Origin: an uncultured Candidatus Rokubacteria bacterium
GTDB lineage: Bacteria; Methylomirabilota; Methylomirabilia; Rokubacteriales; DASRDR01
Direction of reading: 5' to 3'
Length of the DNA: 64,000 nucleotides
Assembly (NCBI GenBank): GCA_963804185.1
Contig: CAWDPM010000001.1
Span: 60,822-124,821, forward strand
The notes under the pieces were generated by a model. It ran no database searches and was not told the DNA's origin. It saw only the letters and a list, made by a program, of their open reading frames with translations. Shown here one piece after another: positions 1 through 9,630 of the stretch. Both the position numbers and the translations under genes were made by a program. Numbering within the stretch: position 1 is the first letter of the stretch; the number at the start of each line of letters is the position of its first letter.

Positions 1-492
1 CTGCCGGGCCTGCACCTTCACGTCGCTGAGCGTGACGAGCCGGGGCAGCTGCGCGAGCTGATCGGCAAACCTGAGCAGCTGGTGGTAGCCGCCGCCCACG
101 CTGACCTCCATCGGGATCTCCACGTACAGCTCCTGGGCTCGATTGGGCCGCCGCCGCACCTGCCCGACGGTGAGTCCCGACTGGCGGGCGAGGGCCTCGA
201 CGCTCCGGAGCACCTGCCCCGACTCGTGCTCGGACGGCAGCCGCCGGGAGAGCTCGCGGAGCTGCACCTCCAGGACCTCGCGCTCGCGCCTGATGCGGGC
301 GCGATTGGCCACCATCTGCTGGCCATCGCGCACCTGCTGTGCCAGATCGTTCCGCTCCCGTTCGAGCTTTGCGCTCTGGTCGCGCAGTCCCCTCACCCCG
401 GGGAAGCCGGCGAGACCGGACCAGCCGAAGTAGCCGACGCCGAAGATGAGCAGGCAGATCAGGATGACCTGCTGCCGTTCCGCGCGGTCCAT
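1..492 (-). CDS. pilO: type IV pilus assembly protein PilO (3' end runs off the window)
   Basis: Hand translation from ATG at 492: MDRAERQQVILICLLIFGVGYFGW (TM helix), coiled coil, then LYVEIPMEVSVGGGYHQLLRFADQLAQLPRLVTLSDVKV. It follows pilM-pilN. It is missing from the ORF track because no stop lies inside the window. Confidence 0.8.
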   Translation of the reverse strand, partial: MDRAERQQVILICLLIFGVGYFGWSGLAGFPGVRGLRDQSAKLERERNDLAQQVRDGQQMVANRARIRREREVLEVQLRELSRRLPSEHESGQVLRSVEALARQSGLTVGQVRRRPNRAQELYVEIPMEVSVGGGYHQLLRFADQLAQLPRLVTLSDVKVQARQ

Positions 493-504
493 CGTGCTCT
501 CCGA

Positions 505-1239
505 TCAGAGCCTGACTGTCGCCGTGACCTCGAAGGACACGACGCGCGTCTGCTCGACCCGTTCCGCCTCGGTCGCCACGAAGTCGACGTCCGCGAAGAC
601 GCCGACCTTGCGGAGGTTGTCCATGAAGTCAGCGATCTGGAAGTTGTTGAACGCGCCGCCCTTGATCACCACGGAGTAGCCCGCCAGCTGCGCGACCTCC
701 CGCACGCCAGGCGGCTGGCCCCGCTGCGGCGGCCGCGCCTGGGACTCGACCTCGGTGCGCTTGGCCTCGAGCCGGCCGAGGGTCCCGCTCGTCTGGGCGG
801 CCTGCGTCTCGTCGACGCGGACCTGGACTTCCTGGGGCCTCATCTCGACCCCGTAGAGCCAGACACCGTCCGGCACCGCTCGGAGCACGCCGTTGAGCAT
901 GGCCAGCGGCACGCCTTGACTCTTGGCGACCTTGCCGATGACCTCGATCCGGCGCTGGATCTCGATCTTGGCCTTCTCGGCCTGATCGAGCTCGCTGAGC
1001 TGCATCCTCAGCTGGTCGGTCTGGGCTTTGAGGTCCGCGATCTGGGTCTGGTACGCCTGCTTGGCACTGAAGGCCCGGTACCCGAGCGCGCCCATGGTCA
1101 GCAGCATCAGGACGAACAGGCCGGTCAGAAGACGGCCGAGGAACCCGGGGCCGAGCATGGCGCGCGGGGTGGCCGCCGCCGCACGCCCGCGTCGGACCGC
1201 GCGCGCTTCCCGTGGGAGCAGGTTGACCCTGATGGCCAC
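505..1239 (-). CDS. pilN: type IV pilus assembly protein PilN
   Basis: C-terminal 245 aa of track ORF 505..1986. GTG at 1239 gives VAIRVNLLPREARA, a canonical PilN N-terminus, then one TM helix and a coiled coil. The rest of the track ORF is an out-of-frame overlap with pilM. Confidence 0.85.
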   Translation of the reverse strand: MAIRVNLLPREARAVRRGRAAAATPRAMLGPGFLGRLLTGLFVLMLLTMGALGYRAFSAKQAYQTQIADLKAQTDQLRMQLSELDQAEKAKIEIQRRIEVIGKVAKSQGVPLAMLNGVLRAVPDGVWLYGVEMRPQEVQVRVDETQAAQTSGTLGRLEAKRTEVESQARPPQRGQPPGVREVAQLAGYSVVIKGGAFNNFQIADFMDNLRKVGVFADVDFVATEAERVEQTRVVSFEVTATVRL

Positions 1240-1250
1240 GGTGTCCGTCC

Positions 1251-2303
1251 CTACTTCCGGTCGTCCGGATAGCGCATCGCCAGCCCCATCGCGACGGTCG
1301 CCAGCGGCGCCACCCTCTCGACCATGCCCGCGTCGGTCCCGGCAGCCACCTCGATCCGCTTGAAGGGGTTGGCCGTGGTTACCTCGATCCCCCACTGTCC
1401 GGCGAGGAAGTCCGGGAGACCCGGGATGAGGGCGCACCCTCCCGAGAGGAAGATCCGCTGGATACGCTCGTGCTCGGCAGTGGTGCCGAAGTAGTCGAGC
1501 GTCCGCTGGATCTCTTGACCCATCTCCTGCGAGACGAGGCTCACGATCGGCTCCACCTCGGCCCACTTCACCGACCCCGGCTCGCCCCGGATGATCGCTT
1601 CGGACTCGGCCGGGGCCAGGTCGAAGCGCTGGGCAATCGTCGAGGCGTACTGCCGGCCCCCGACGAAGATGTCGCGCGCGTACACGTTCATCCCGCCTTG
1701 CAGGATGTTCGTGTTCGTCGTCTCGTGCCCGATGTTCACGAGGGCCACGACCTCGTTGCCCGGGCCGGGCTCGTTGTGCTCGTATTGGGTCGCCAGCGCG
1801 AAGACGTCGACGTCCACCACCACGACGCTGAGCCCGCAGGCTTCGACCACATCCGCGTAGCTCTGGACCTTGCCCTTCTTGACCGCGACCAGCATCACTT
1901 CCAGCTGAGGCCCGTTCTCCCGCAAGATCTGGAAATCGATGTTGACGTCGTCGATGTCGAAGGGAATGTGCTGCTCGGCCTCCCATCGGATCGACTCGCC
2001 GAGCTCGCTCTCCGACATCCTCGGCAGGTTCACGCGCTTCGCGATGACGGAGCCCCCCGACACACCGATGACCGCCTCGGTGGCCTGGACTCCGCCCTGG
2101 ACCAGGGCCTGCCGGATCGCCTCCTGCACCAGGTCCGGCTGCTTGACCTCGCCGGCCTGGATGGCCCCCACCGGCACCTGGGCGATACCGAACCCGCTCA
2201 GCTCGTAGTCCGACCCCTTCCGCTTGAGCTCCACCACCTTGACCGCGCTCGTGCCGATGTCGAGGCCCACCACGTCGGGGCGCTTCCTCTTCCAGAACAT
2301 CAT
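1251..2303 (-). CDS. pilM: type IV pilus assembly ATPase-fold protein PilM
   Basis: 350 aa, MMFWKRKRPDVVGLDIGTSAVKVVEL..., actin/FtsA-like fold signature. Lies upstream of pilN-pilO. Confidence 0.9.
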   Translation of the reverse strand: MMFWKRKRPDVVGLDIGTSAVKVVELKRKGSDYELSGFGIAQVPVGAIQAGEVKQPDLVQEAIRQALVQGGVQATEAVIGVSGGSVIAKRVNLPRMSESELGESIRWEAEQHIPFDIDDVNIDFQILRENGPQLEVMLVAVKKGKVQSYADVVEACGLSVVVVDVDVFALATQYEHNEPGPGNEVVALVNIGHETTNTNILQGGMNVYARDIFVGGRQYASTIAQRFDLAPAESEAIIRGEPGSVKWAEVEPIVSLVSQEMGQEIQRTLDYFGTTAEHERIQRIFLSGGCALIPGLPDFLAGQWGIEVTTANPFKRIEVAAGTDAGMVERVAPLATVAMGLAMRYPDDRK

Positions 2304-2584
2304 GACTCGTGCCTCACTGGCCGCGAGTCTCGCCTAGCCTCATCGCAAGCCACAAGACCTTTCTTTGGCTTCCCCGATGCTGGGGTTTACGGAGTCTGGC
2401 TCGCGGAATTCGTGGCGTCAAGGCCACGAATGGGTCTCGCACCGCCTCGCGAACGACCTCCCGGACGCACTTGGCCGCGTCCTTGACAACCTCGACTCCG
2501 CAGGGCGGTCTCCGCGGGCGGGGAGGTCGGAGCGCCTGGAAACGCGGTGCTGGCGTCGCCCGCGCCCGCGACGATCGAGGTCTC

Positions 2585-2616
2585 AGCGCGGCCCCTACTG
2601 AGCGCGGCCCTTACTG
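2585..2616. repeat. 16-nt x2 tandem duplication spanning the stop codon of the pilX-like gene
   Basis: agcgcggcccCtactg (2585-2600) / agcgcggcccTtactg (2601-2616). The second copy holds the last codon plus TAA of CDS 2611..4209. Confidence 0.8.
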
Positions 2617-4209
2617 GCAGGGGCTGCCGCCACCGGTGTCCGCGGCGTAGTTGACGCAGGCGACGAGGGATCTCCGGAGCAGAACCACTGTGGCTCCCGC
2701 CCAGGCCGGAAACCCGGGGGGAGGAGCGGCCCGACCATACGTCGGGTTGTACCTGAAGCTTGACGACCCGGCGTGCGTCTGGATCTGGAACGCTACGATC
2801 CCGCCGTCCACGACGGCCTGGTTGAACTCGGCGCTCCCCCCGGAGTAGACGAACCCGTGGACCTCGGTGCCCGGGGCACCTCCCAGCTCTGCGCACGTCC
2901 CCTGGGGGTTGAGCGGATTCGCAGTCGGTGCCGGAGCGTCGGACGTGGCGGCCACCGGGTCGAAGACCAGATAGGCCAAGGGGTAGCCGTAGACGGTCCG
3001 CTGCGTCCAGATCCGGGCGCCGTTCCCGTGGCGGAGATCCCGGCTCGGGCCGGCACACCCCGCCAGCCCGCTGCCCTCGACGACGGCCGTCCCGTGGAAG
3101 TCGTGGCCATGCAGGGCGACGTGGCAGCAGCCCGGGTCGGTCCAGGGCGCGGTCGTCCCTCGCATGGCATAGACGAGGACCCCGGATCCAGGGGCACCGT
3201 AGCTCGTGTTGGGCGGGGCCACCCCCCTGAACACCATGCCCGTCGCGCCGGCGGTCCCGCACACGCCGGCCGCCGTCGCCCTCACGAAGTGGGGGCCGGA
3301 GCGGCTATCCCCCGCCTTCACGCAGGCCGGTCGGCCGGTCCCCCCGCAGATGGAAGGCGGGCACGGGGTCGACAGGGCGCAGTCGAAGTACCCCTGGTAG
3401 GTCTCCCCGCCGGCATCACAGTTGGCCTTGCTCCGGTCGCCGGTAATGACCAGTCGCTTGCCGCTCGGATAAGGGTAGAGATAGTTCTGGCCGGGTGGGC
3501 AGCTGACGGCCGTCTCGCCGTGCATGGTCGGATCGATCGCCGAGCACCCGAGCTGGGGCCGCGGCAGGTCGTCGTACGCGGCCGGTCCGCCCGGGTATTC
3601 ATCGGGGTCCGCCGGCGTGACGGACGGGCTGCCGTTCCGGTTCGCGGGCTCATTGCAGTAGCCCGGGGGATTGTCCCGGCTCGAGCTCGAGCAGACGTGC
3701 TTCCACGCGTTGTCGATTCCCACGATGGCACGCACGCGGGCGCGTCCCAGCCCGCTGGCTGCCGTGGCCCAGGCGGTGAGGACCGCCGTCTGGTTCGTGT
3801 CGCGGCCGGGCGTCGCACCGCCGCAGCTCGCGTCCTCGATCGCCGCCGGCACGAGCGGGCTGCAGTCGTTGTCCAGGACCGCCGAGTAAACCCCGGCCCC
3901 GAGCGCCACGCCGTCGACGAGCGGCTTGGCAGGCCCACTGCCGCAACCGTATGACGAGGAGCTGCCAGAATCGGTCCACGGCGTGAAGCCGCACCCCTCG
4001 TTGGCGGCGGCCCCCACCGCATCTCGCGCGTGCTCGAGCCCGGCCTCGGCCAGCGCCTCGGCCTGGGCCTGGGCCTTGTGGGTAACCCCGCTCGTCATCT
4101 CGACCTTCGCCAGGAGCGCGAACGACAAGCTCAGGACCCCCAGGACGAGCGTCGCAACGACGGCGATGAGGAGGACCGCACCGCGCTGGTCGTCCCGGAT
4201 CGCGTTCAT
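2611..4209 (-). CDS. PilX-like type IV pilus minor component (large, Cys/Gly-rich)
   Basis: ATG at 4209 gives MNAIRDDQRGAVLLIAVVATLVLGVLSLSFALLAKVEMTSG, a PilX N-terminal-type hydrophobic segment. 532 aa. Follows the pilV/pilW-like genes. The 5' part of track ORF 2611..4974 is out of frame. Confidence 0.65.
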   Translation of the reverse strand: MNAIRDDQRGAVLLIAVVATLVLGVLSLSFALLAKVEMTSGVTHKAQAQAEALAEAGLEHARDAVGAAANEGCGFTPWTDSGSSSSYGCGSGPAKPLVDGVALGAGVYSAVLDNDCSPLVPAAIEDASCGGATPGRDTNQTAVLTAWATAASGLGRARVRAIVGIDNAWKHVCSSSSRDNPPGYCNEPANRNGSPSVTPADPDEYPGGPAAYDDLPRPQLGCSAIDPTMHGETAVSCPPGQNYLYPYPSGKRLVITGDRSKANCDAGGETYQGYFDCALSTPCPPSICGGTGRPACVKAGDSRSGPHFVRATAAGVCGTAGATGMVFRGVAPPNTSYGAPGSGVLVYAMRGTTAPWTDPGCCHVALHGHDFHGTAVVEGSGLAGCAGPSRDLRHGNGARIWTQRTVYGYPLAYLVFDPVAATSDAPAPTANPLNPQGTCAELGGAPGTEVHGFVYSGGSAEFNQAVVDGGIVAFQIQTHAGSSSFRYNPTYGRAAPPPGFPAWAGATVVLLRRSLVACVNYAADTGGGSPCQ

Positions 4210-4436
4210 GCCTCGCTGAGCTGGGCTAGTGGCGCTCCAACCTGATACGGCGAACGCGGCGCTGTGGTGGCGCCGAGTTGGACCCCGGCGCGGCGAGGCG
4301 CAGTGGGCCCACCTTCGCGCTCCTGCCGCGAGCGGAAGGCGCGCGGCTGGGTGCGAGTGGGTGACGCAGTCGAGCCGCGTCCGGGGCACCCGGCGACAGG
4401 CCCCACTGCGCTTCGTCGGAACAAGTTGGAACGGCA

Positions 4437-5267
4437 CTAGGAGCGGTTCCTGAGCGTCACGTCGGTGACGAGGCCGCGGCTCACCGTCTGACCGGCCGCC
4501 TGCTGCCGCGCCTCTACGGAGATGCGGATGCGCCCGATGTTGTCGGCCTGCGCCTGGCTGGTCAGGGGCAGACGGAAGGCGATGTCGCACGGATGGGCCA
4601 CACCGGCGCACGGACCGAAGTTCGGCCGGGGGTAGTAGGTGAACGCCAGGCCTGCGACGTCCACCGCCACCATGGCCACGGCTCCCGTCCCGTCGTTTCG
4701 GGTGATGCACCGGGAAACCCCCGGGGGGCAGTTGGCGGTCGACAGCGCGTACAGAACGTCCTCCTCGGCCCGGTCCGCCGCCGACGCCGGCGAGCTGATG
4801 CTGTTGCCCCGGCCGGCGATCCGGCCGTTCTGGTTGCGGTCCGACCGGATCCGCAGCGTATCGGCCCGCGCCTCGGTGAACGGGATGGCGGAGAGCCCGG
4901 CGCAACCGGGACCGCCCAGACCGTTGTGGCTTTCCCAGCTCGGGTGGCCCGTTCCCGCAAGGCGGGTGCTGCACTCGGTCACCTTGGTGCCATCGCAGTC
5001 CGTGGTGGTGGCCGTCGCGTAGTCGAAGGCGCAGGAGGTGGTGTCCCGGCCCGCCGACCGGATCTCCCGGGCCATGAAGTCGATGGCGGCCCTGAGGTTC
5101 TGCTGGACCTCCGCCGTCTCCGCTCCGACGAAGTACATCTCCTGCGCTTTGCCCCAGGCTGCGCTGACGCCGACCATGACCACCGCGAAGAGCGCGAGGG
5201 TGACGATCAGCTCCGTCAGGGTCAGCCCGCGGGCGCCCCGGAGCGAGGCCCTCCGGACGAGCGGCAC
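4437..5267 (-). CDS. PilW-like minor pilin with prepilin-type N-terminal cleavage/methylation motif
   Basis: GTG at 5267 gives VPLVRRASLRGARG|LTLTELIVTLALFAVVMVGV, with Gly at -1 and Glu at +5. About 276 aa. The start codon choice is tentative. Confidence 0.7.
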   Translation of the reverse strand: MPLVRRASLRGARGLTLTELIVTLALFAVVMVGVSAAWGKAQEMYFVGAETAEVQQNLRAAIDFMAREIRSAGRDTTSCAFDYATATTTDCDGTKVTECSTRLAGTGHPSWESHNGLGGPGCAGLSAIPFTEARADTLRIRSDRNQNGRIAGRGNSISSPASAADRAEEDVLYALSTANCPPGVSRCITRNDGTGAVAMVAVDVAGLAFTYYPRPNFGPCAGVAHPCDIAFRLPLTSQAQADNIGRIRISVEARQQAAGQTVSRGLVTDVTLRNRS

Positions 5268-5281
5268 GCCCCCGCCTCCCC

Positions 5282-5734
5282 TCAGCCTGCGCGGACCGTC
5301 ACGAGGGTGGTCCGCCAGATCAGGCCCGGCACCGACCCGCCGAACTCCACGACCGCGGTGATCGTCGTCATCGTGCTCGTCGGGACACCCGGCTGAACGG
5401 CCACGCAGCGGGAGAACCCGGCGAGCGAGGCGACCGGCCGAAAGTCGCCGCCGCCGCCGCAGGCGGCGGGCAGGGTCCCCGACGACCCGTCGAAGCTCAG
5501 GCGCGCGAGGCTCCGGTACTCGGCGTTCTGCGCGCGCTCGATCGCCTGCTGGGCCAGGAGCGTCGCAGCAGTCTGCATTCCGCTCGCGGCCACCGCGTAC
5601 ATGGCATACGGGAACGACGCCGCGAGGGCGAGGAGCGCGACGGCCATCAGGGCCATCGCAACCACGAGCTCGATCATGGTCATGCCGCGCTGGTCCCCCC
5701 GCCGGACAGGCCCGGGTCCGTGGAGCATCTCCAC
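5282..5734 (-). CDS. PilV-like minor pilin (prepilin-type N-terminal motif)
   Basis: 150 aa, ...RRGDQRG|MTMIELVVAMALMAVALLALAASF. Class III signal with Glu at +5. Confidence 0.75.
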   Translation of the reverse strand: MEMLHGPGPVRRGDQRGMTMIELVVAMALMAVALLALAASFPYAMYAVAASGMQTAATLLAQQAIERAQNAEYRSLARLSFDGSSGTLPAACGGGGDFRPVASLAGFSRCVAVQPGVPTSTMTTITAVVEFGGSVPGLIWRTTLVTVRAG

Positions 5735-5809
5735 GCGACGTCCTCCTGACGATCCCTGGCTGACGATCCCTGGCGCCGGGCGCGGCGGGGCGGCGGCGGC
5801 GCGTGAGGC

Positions 5810-6694
5810 TTAGCCGGCGGCGACCTCGTCGTCCTTCCGCGTGTATGCGGTCACCCGGTTCCGCCCCGCCCGCTTCGACTGGTACAGCGCCTCGTCGGCC
5901 GCCCACACGATCTCGTCCGGAGTTCTTCCGTCGTGCGGGAACGCCGCCAACCCGATGCTCACGGTGATCGGCTTCTCGCTGTCCGGCGCCATCACGCTCG
6001 ACTCCACGCGCCGGCGGAACCGCTCCGCGAACACGACCCCGTCGGGCTTGCTGGTCTCCGGCAGGATGAAGGCGAACTCCTCCCCGCCGACCCGGCACGG
6101 CACGTCGCCCTCTCGTGAGGCCGAGCGCATCAGCGCTCCCAGCGCCCGGAGCACCGAGTCGCCCTTCGGGTGGCCGAACTGGTCGTTGAACTTCTTGAAC
6201 TCGTCGATGTCGATCATCAGCAGGCTGAACGCGTGGTCGAACCGGCCGGACCGGCTGATCTCCTCCCGGAGTCGCAGATCGAAGCTCCGACGGTTTCCCA
6301 CCTCCGTCAGCTCGTCCGTGTGCGACATCTCCCGGAGACGGAAGTTGGCCAGGCGAAGCTCCTCCACGATCCCATGGGCCCGGGCCCCGCTCGCTCGCGC
6401 CCGCTCCAGCTCGTCTTCCAGGCTCCGCTGCATCTGGCCGAAGACCTCGCTGTAGATCATGTAGAAGGCCCCCATCTCGATGACCGCCAGGAACGCGAGA
6501 AGCGCGAAGAAGACGAAGGCACCCTTCGGGTAGAGCGGGGCAGCCACCGTGCTCGGTAGCAAGACCGGCAATCCCAGGTACACCAGGAGCAGCAGCGGAA
6601 GCAGGCCGGCCAGGAGGAAGGCCAGCACGAGCCTCTTCCGGACATCGCGGGCCGGGAGCAGCGGGCCGGGACTCGAGGGAACGCGCTCAGCCAA
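5810..6694 (-). CDS. membrane-anchored diguanylate cyclase (GGDEF domain)
   Basis: TM segments, a coiled coil, then DELTEVGNRRSFD...LLMIDIDEFKKFNDQFGHPKGD...RVGGEEFAFILPE (GGEEF active site). The start is set at TTG 6694 because the track ATG at 6781 would overlap pilD by 95 nt; the start is uncertain. Confidence 0.8.
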   Translation of the reverse strand: MAERVPSSPGPLLPARDVRKRLVLAFLLAGLLPLLLLVYLGLPVLLPSTVAAPLYPKGAFVFFALLAFLAVIEMGAFYMIYSEVFGQMQRSLEDELERARASGARAHGIVEELRLANFRLREMSHTDELTEVGNRRSFDLRLREEISRSGRFDHAFSLLMIDIDEFKKFNDQFGHPKGDSVLRALGALMRSASREGDVPCRVGGEEFAFILPETSKPDGVVFAERFRRRVESSVMAPDSEKPITVSIGLAAFPHDGRTPDEIVWAADEALYQSKRAGRNRVTAYTRKDDEVAAG

Positions 6695-7733
6695 GGTACC
6701 ACCTAAGGAGTGGCTCGCCCCAGATCGCCGCGACGACCCCACCGGCCGCCAGGAACGGCCCGAACGGCAGGTACTCGCCAAAGCGCCGGCGGCCCGTGAC
6801 GAGCAGCGCCGCAGCCACGACGCCTCCGAGCATGATCCCCACGAAGGCCGCCACGAGCCCGACGCCGGCGCCGAGCGCGGCGCCGATGAGGGCGGCCAGC
6901 TTGATGTCTCCGCCGCCCAGCCCCGTCCGGCCGAGCGCCACGTGGCTGACCCAGGCGACGACGAAGAACATGCCCCCGGTGATGAGGCAACCGGCGACGA
7001 GCGGGTCGATCTGGCTCAGGGCTCGCCAGGTGAGCGGCAAGTCCCCGGCCATCAGCCCGGCAGGGCTCACGACGGCGAGCTGCCGCCCGGCCAGCGCGCC
7101 CCACGCCGTCGCCCAGTAGATGTCGAGCCGCCGGCGCTCCGCGGGATCGACCTCGTCTTCCGGATCGGGCTCAGGCGGATCGGGCTCAGGCGACGCGGTC
7201 TCACCCCGGAGCGCCGCACCCCGGGCACGCATGACCGCGATCAGGGCAAACGCGACCGCGCCGATCGCTGCGCCAGCGCTCGCCCGGGAGAGCCCCTCGG
7301 GCGCGAGGATGCAGGCGCCGACAATCCCCGGCAGCGTGATCCGGTCGGGGATCCGCCGCGTCTCGAGGTCCGTGAACGCCACCGCAATCATCACCAGGCA
7401 CAGCAGGAAGGCTCGCGCCGCCGCCCAGGTCGGGCCGAGCTGCCACAGCGTGAGCGCCCCCATGGCGATGGCGAGCGCCTCGACCAGCGGATACCGCCAG
7501 GAGATGGTCTCGCCACACGCCCGGCACCGCCCGCCCAGCACGAGATAGGACACGAGCGGGATGTTGTCCACTGCTCGGATGGGGCTCTGACAGGCGGGGC
7601 AGCGCGACGAGGGCAGCACGACGCTCTCCCCACGCGGCAGCCGGGAGATGCAGACATTGAGGAAACTGCCGAGAAGCGCGGCCAGGATGACCCCCGCGGG
7701 CCAGGCCACGACGGGCGGGAGCGCGGTGGTCAT
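6687..7733 (-). CDS. pilD: prepilin peptidase / N-methyltransferase PilD (A24 family) with about 90-aa internal insertion
   Basis: 348 aa. Has the CPAC...CRAC zinc-type motif, the first catalytic Asp in AFTDLETRRIPD and the second in GLGGGDIKLAAL. The two Asp are 154 aa apart. Confidence 0.9.
   Translation of the reverse strand: MTTALPPVVAWPAGVILAALLGSFLNVCISRLPRGESVVLPSSRCPACQSPIRAVDNIPLVSYLVLGGRCRACGETISWRYPLVEALAIAMGALTLWQLGPTWAAARAFLLCLVMIAVAFTDLETRRIPDRITLPGIVGACILAPEGLSRASAGAAIGAVAFALIAVMRARGAALRGETASPEPDPPEPDPEDEVDPAERRRLDIYWATAWGALAGRQLAVVSPAGLMAGDLPLTWRALSQIDPLVAGCLITGGMFFVVAWVSHVALGRTGLGGGDIKLAALIGAALGAGVGLVAAFVGIMLGGVVAAALLVTGRRRFGEYLPFGPFLAAGGVVAAIWGEPLLRWYLG
7161..7190. repeat. 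15-nt x2 perfect tandem duplication inside pilD
   Basis: cggatcgggctcagg repeated at 7161-7175 and 7176-7190. On the minus strand it encodes the PEPDP-PEPDP part of the PilD insertion. Confidence 0.85.
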
Positions 7734-7905
7734 GCGCCGCCCTGGCCGTCAGCCAGCGGGCCTCGCTCGGCCGGCTGTGGTTCCAGCGCGGTCACCCGGA
7801 GCGCCGGCCGGTCTCGTCGCGCACCACCGGTCCCCATCGAGATGCCCGCGACGCTGGTGGAGTGGCACAGCGTGTCCTCATCGCATGACTTGATCCTGGC
7901 AAGTT

Positions 7906-9630
7906 TTAGCACGGGTCCCGGTGCCTGCAGCATCTGTTCCAGCAGGTGAAAGTCGCATCGAGCTCCGGATCCTGAAGCCTCGACGTGAAGCTCGCGAGCA
8001 TGGCTCCGTCACTGATCCTAGCCAGGGTGTGGACAAGATTGCCCGCCCTGCCTGCCACCCGGCCGGCGGCGACGGCCTCGCGCGACAGGCGCGCCAGGCG
8101 GGCCAGCAGTGGCTGGTTCGCCTCCGTCTCCCGGACGAACACCGCGGCCTCGCGCTCGGTGAACACCAGCTGCCAGCCACCCTGTGCCAGGAGCATCTCG
8201 GTGAGCGGCGAGGGGCGCAGCGCGAGGATCGTCTGCACCTGCCACTTGTCCAGCACGATCGGCCAGCGCGGGCCGACCTGGGTCACCTCCAGGAAGTCCT
8301 TGAGCACGTCGGGGCCGTAGACGTGCGTCCGCCCGTCCATGAACATCCGGTAGTCGGGATAGAGGCGCCAGAGCTCGTACCCGCCCCACGCGTAGACGCT
8401 GAAGAGGGGCGGCGGCAACCGGTGCTCCCTGATGAACGCCATGGTCCGTGCCGGATATCGGCCCTCGTGGAGGTCCAGGCGGAGGGGGTTCGTCGGCAGC
8501 CGGGCCATGGCCGCCCAGTATCCGGACACCGCGGCCAGCAGGAGCACGCCCCCGGCCAGGAGCGGTGTGCCCGGCGCGGTCAGGGACGGCCCGAGCGTGG
8601 GGAGGCGTCTCTGCGCAGCGTCGCGGAGCCGGGCCCAATCGACCCGGGGTAACGTCCCGACGATTCCCTGCAGGGCATCTGCCAGGGGCGGCGCGGCCAC
8701 GATCGCGAAGAGCGGCACGTGCCGCACAGAGGTGAGCCCCAGGTGCGCGAAGGCGAGGATCATGCCGACGTCCGCCGCGCTGAGCCGCCCGCGGCCCCAC
8801 GCAAAGGCCGGGAACAGGAGGAGCAGCATCAGCTCGAGGGGGCGGAAGGCCACGTGGTGGAAGTTCGGGGAGAACCACTCGATCGTCGAGGTCATGAACG
8901 GGACGCTCCGCACGACCTCGAGCGGGAACAGGATCGCCCGGACCCCGTACGGGTTCAGGAGGCTGGCGACGACCGCCGACACACCCAGGAGGGCCGTGAG
9001 CCCGACCACGCGCCAGCCGGCCAGACGGCGTTGGCGGTCGACGAGGAGCGGGAGTGCGGTCCCCAGCCCCGTGAGCCCGATCACCACGAACGCCATCACG
9101 AAGCCCGCGTGGAGGTTCACCCAGGGGACGACCAGCGCGGGCACGAGCACGAGCGCGCTGGGGCGTCGCTCCCAGCCCGCGCGGAGAAGCCAGCACAGGA
9201 TGGCCACGAACAGGTACGTGACCGTCTGGGGGCGCGCGTGCCAGAACTCGGCGCCCGCCGACGCGGCCAGGAGAGTCGTCCCGCATGCGAGCAGCGGATG
9301 GACGCCGCGCGCACGCATCGTCGCCAGGACCACGCCGAACGTCGCCACCACGGTGGCGGTCTTGAGGGCGATCAGGGCCCCGCGCCCCCAGCGCTCCCAG
9401 AGGAGCGCGAACAGCACCTGGGTGGCCCACATGTGATTGATCCAGGGCCGGCCCTCGGCGGTGTAGGAGAAGGGATCGGTCGTCGGCACCGAGCGCGTCT
9501 CGATGATGCGCTGACCGGACGCCAGGTACCACCAGAAGTCGAAGACCGTGAGCGAGGAGAGGGCGATCGTGGCCACGGCCAGGAGCGTGGCACCCAGGAG
9601 CACGCCGCGACCGGCCCGCCCCACGATCAT
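7906..9630 (-). CDS. polytopic membrane protein, paralogue A (putative GT-C-like glycosyltransferase, family not recognised)
   Basis: ATG at 9630 gives MIVGRAGRGVLLGATLLAVATIALSSLTVFDFWWYLASGQRIIETRSVPTTDPFSYTAEGRPWINHMW. About 11 hydrophobic segments, an NLHAGF motif and a soluble C-terminal domain (WGGYELWRLYPDYRMFMDGRTHVYGP). 574 aa. Its ATG overlaps the upstream stop as ATGA. Confidence 0.75.
   Translation of the reverse strand: MIVGRAGRGVLLGATLLAVATIALSSLTVFDFWWYLASGQRIIETRSVPTTDPFSYTAEGRPWINHMWATQVLFALLWERWGRGALIALKTATVVATFGVVLATMRARGVHPLLACGTTLLAASAGAEFWHARPQTVTYLFVAILCWLLRAGWERRPSALVLVPALVVPWVNLHAGFVMAFVVIGLTGLGTALPLLVDRQRRLAGWRVVGLTALLGVSAVVASLLNPYGVRAILFPLEVVRSVPFMTSTIEWFSPNFHHVAFRPLELMLLLLFPAFAWGRGRLSAADVGMILAFAHLGLTSVRHVPLFAIVAAPPLADALQGIVGTLPRVDWARLRDAAQRRLPTLGPSLTAPGTPLLAGGVLLLAAVSGYWAAMARLPTNPLRLDLHEGRYPARTMAFIREHRLPPPLFSVYAWGGYELWRLYPDYRMFMDGRTHVYGPDVLKDFLEVTQVGPRWPIVLDKWQVQTILALRPSPLTEMLLAQGGWQLVFTEREAAVFVRETEANQPLLARLARLSREAVAAGRVAGRAGNLVHTLARISDGAMLASFTSRLQDPELDATFTCWNRCCRHRDPC

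Noticed and set aside
82-1272. Long ORFs antisense or out of frame to recognised genes (also 14860..16173+, 17191..18834+, 22293..24077-, 25960..27735-, 37174..38946+, 41175..42725-, 63 kb region, and others)
   Set aside because: These are typical high-GC shadow ORFs. Their translations are Arg/Pro/Gly/Ala-rich with no recognisable domains, and each fully overlaps a gene with a clear family signature.
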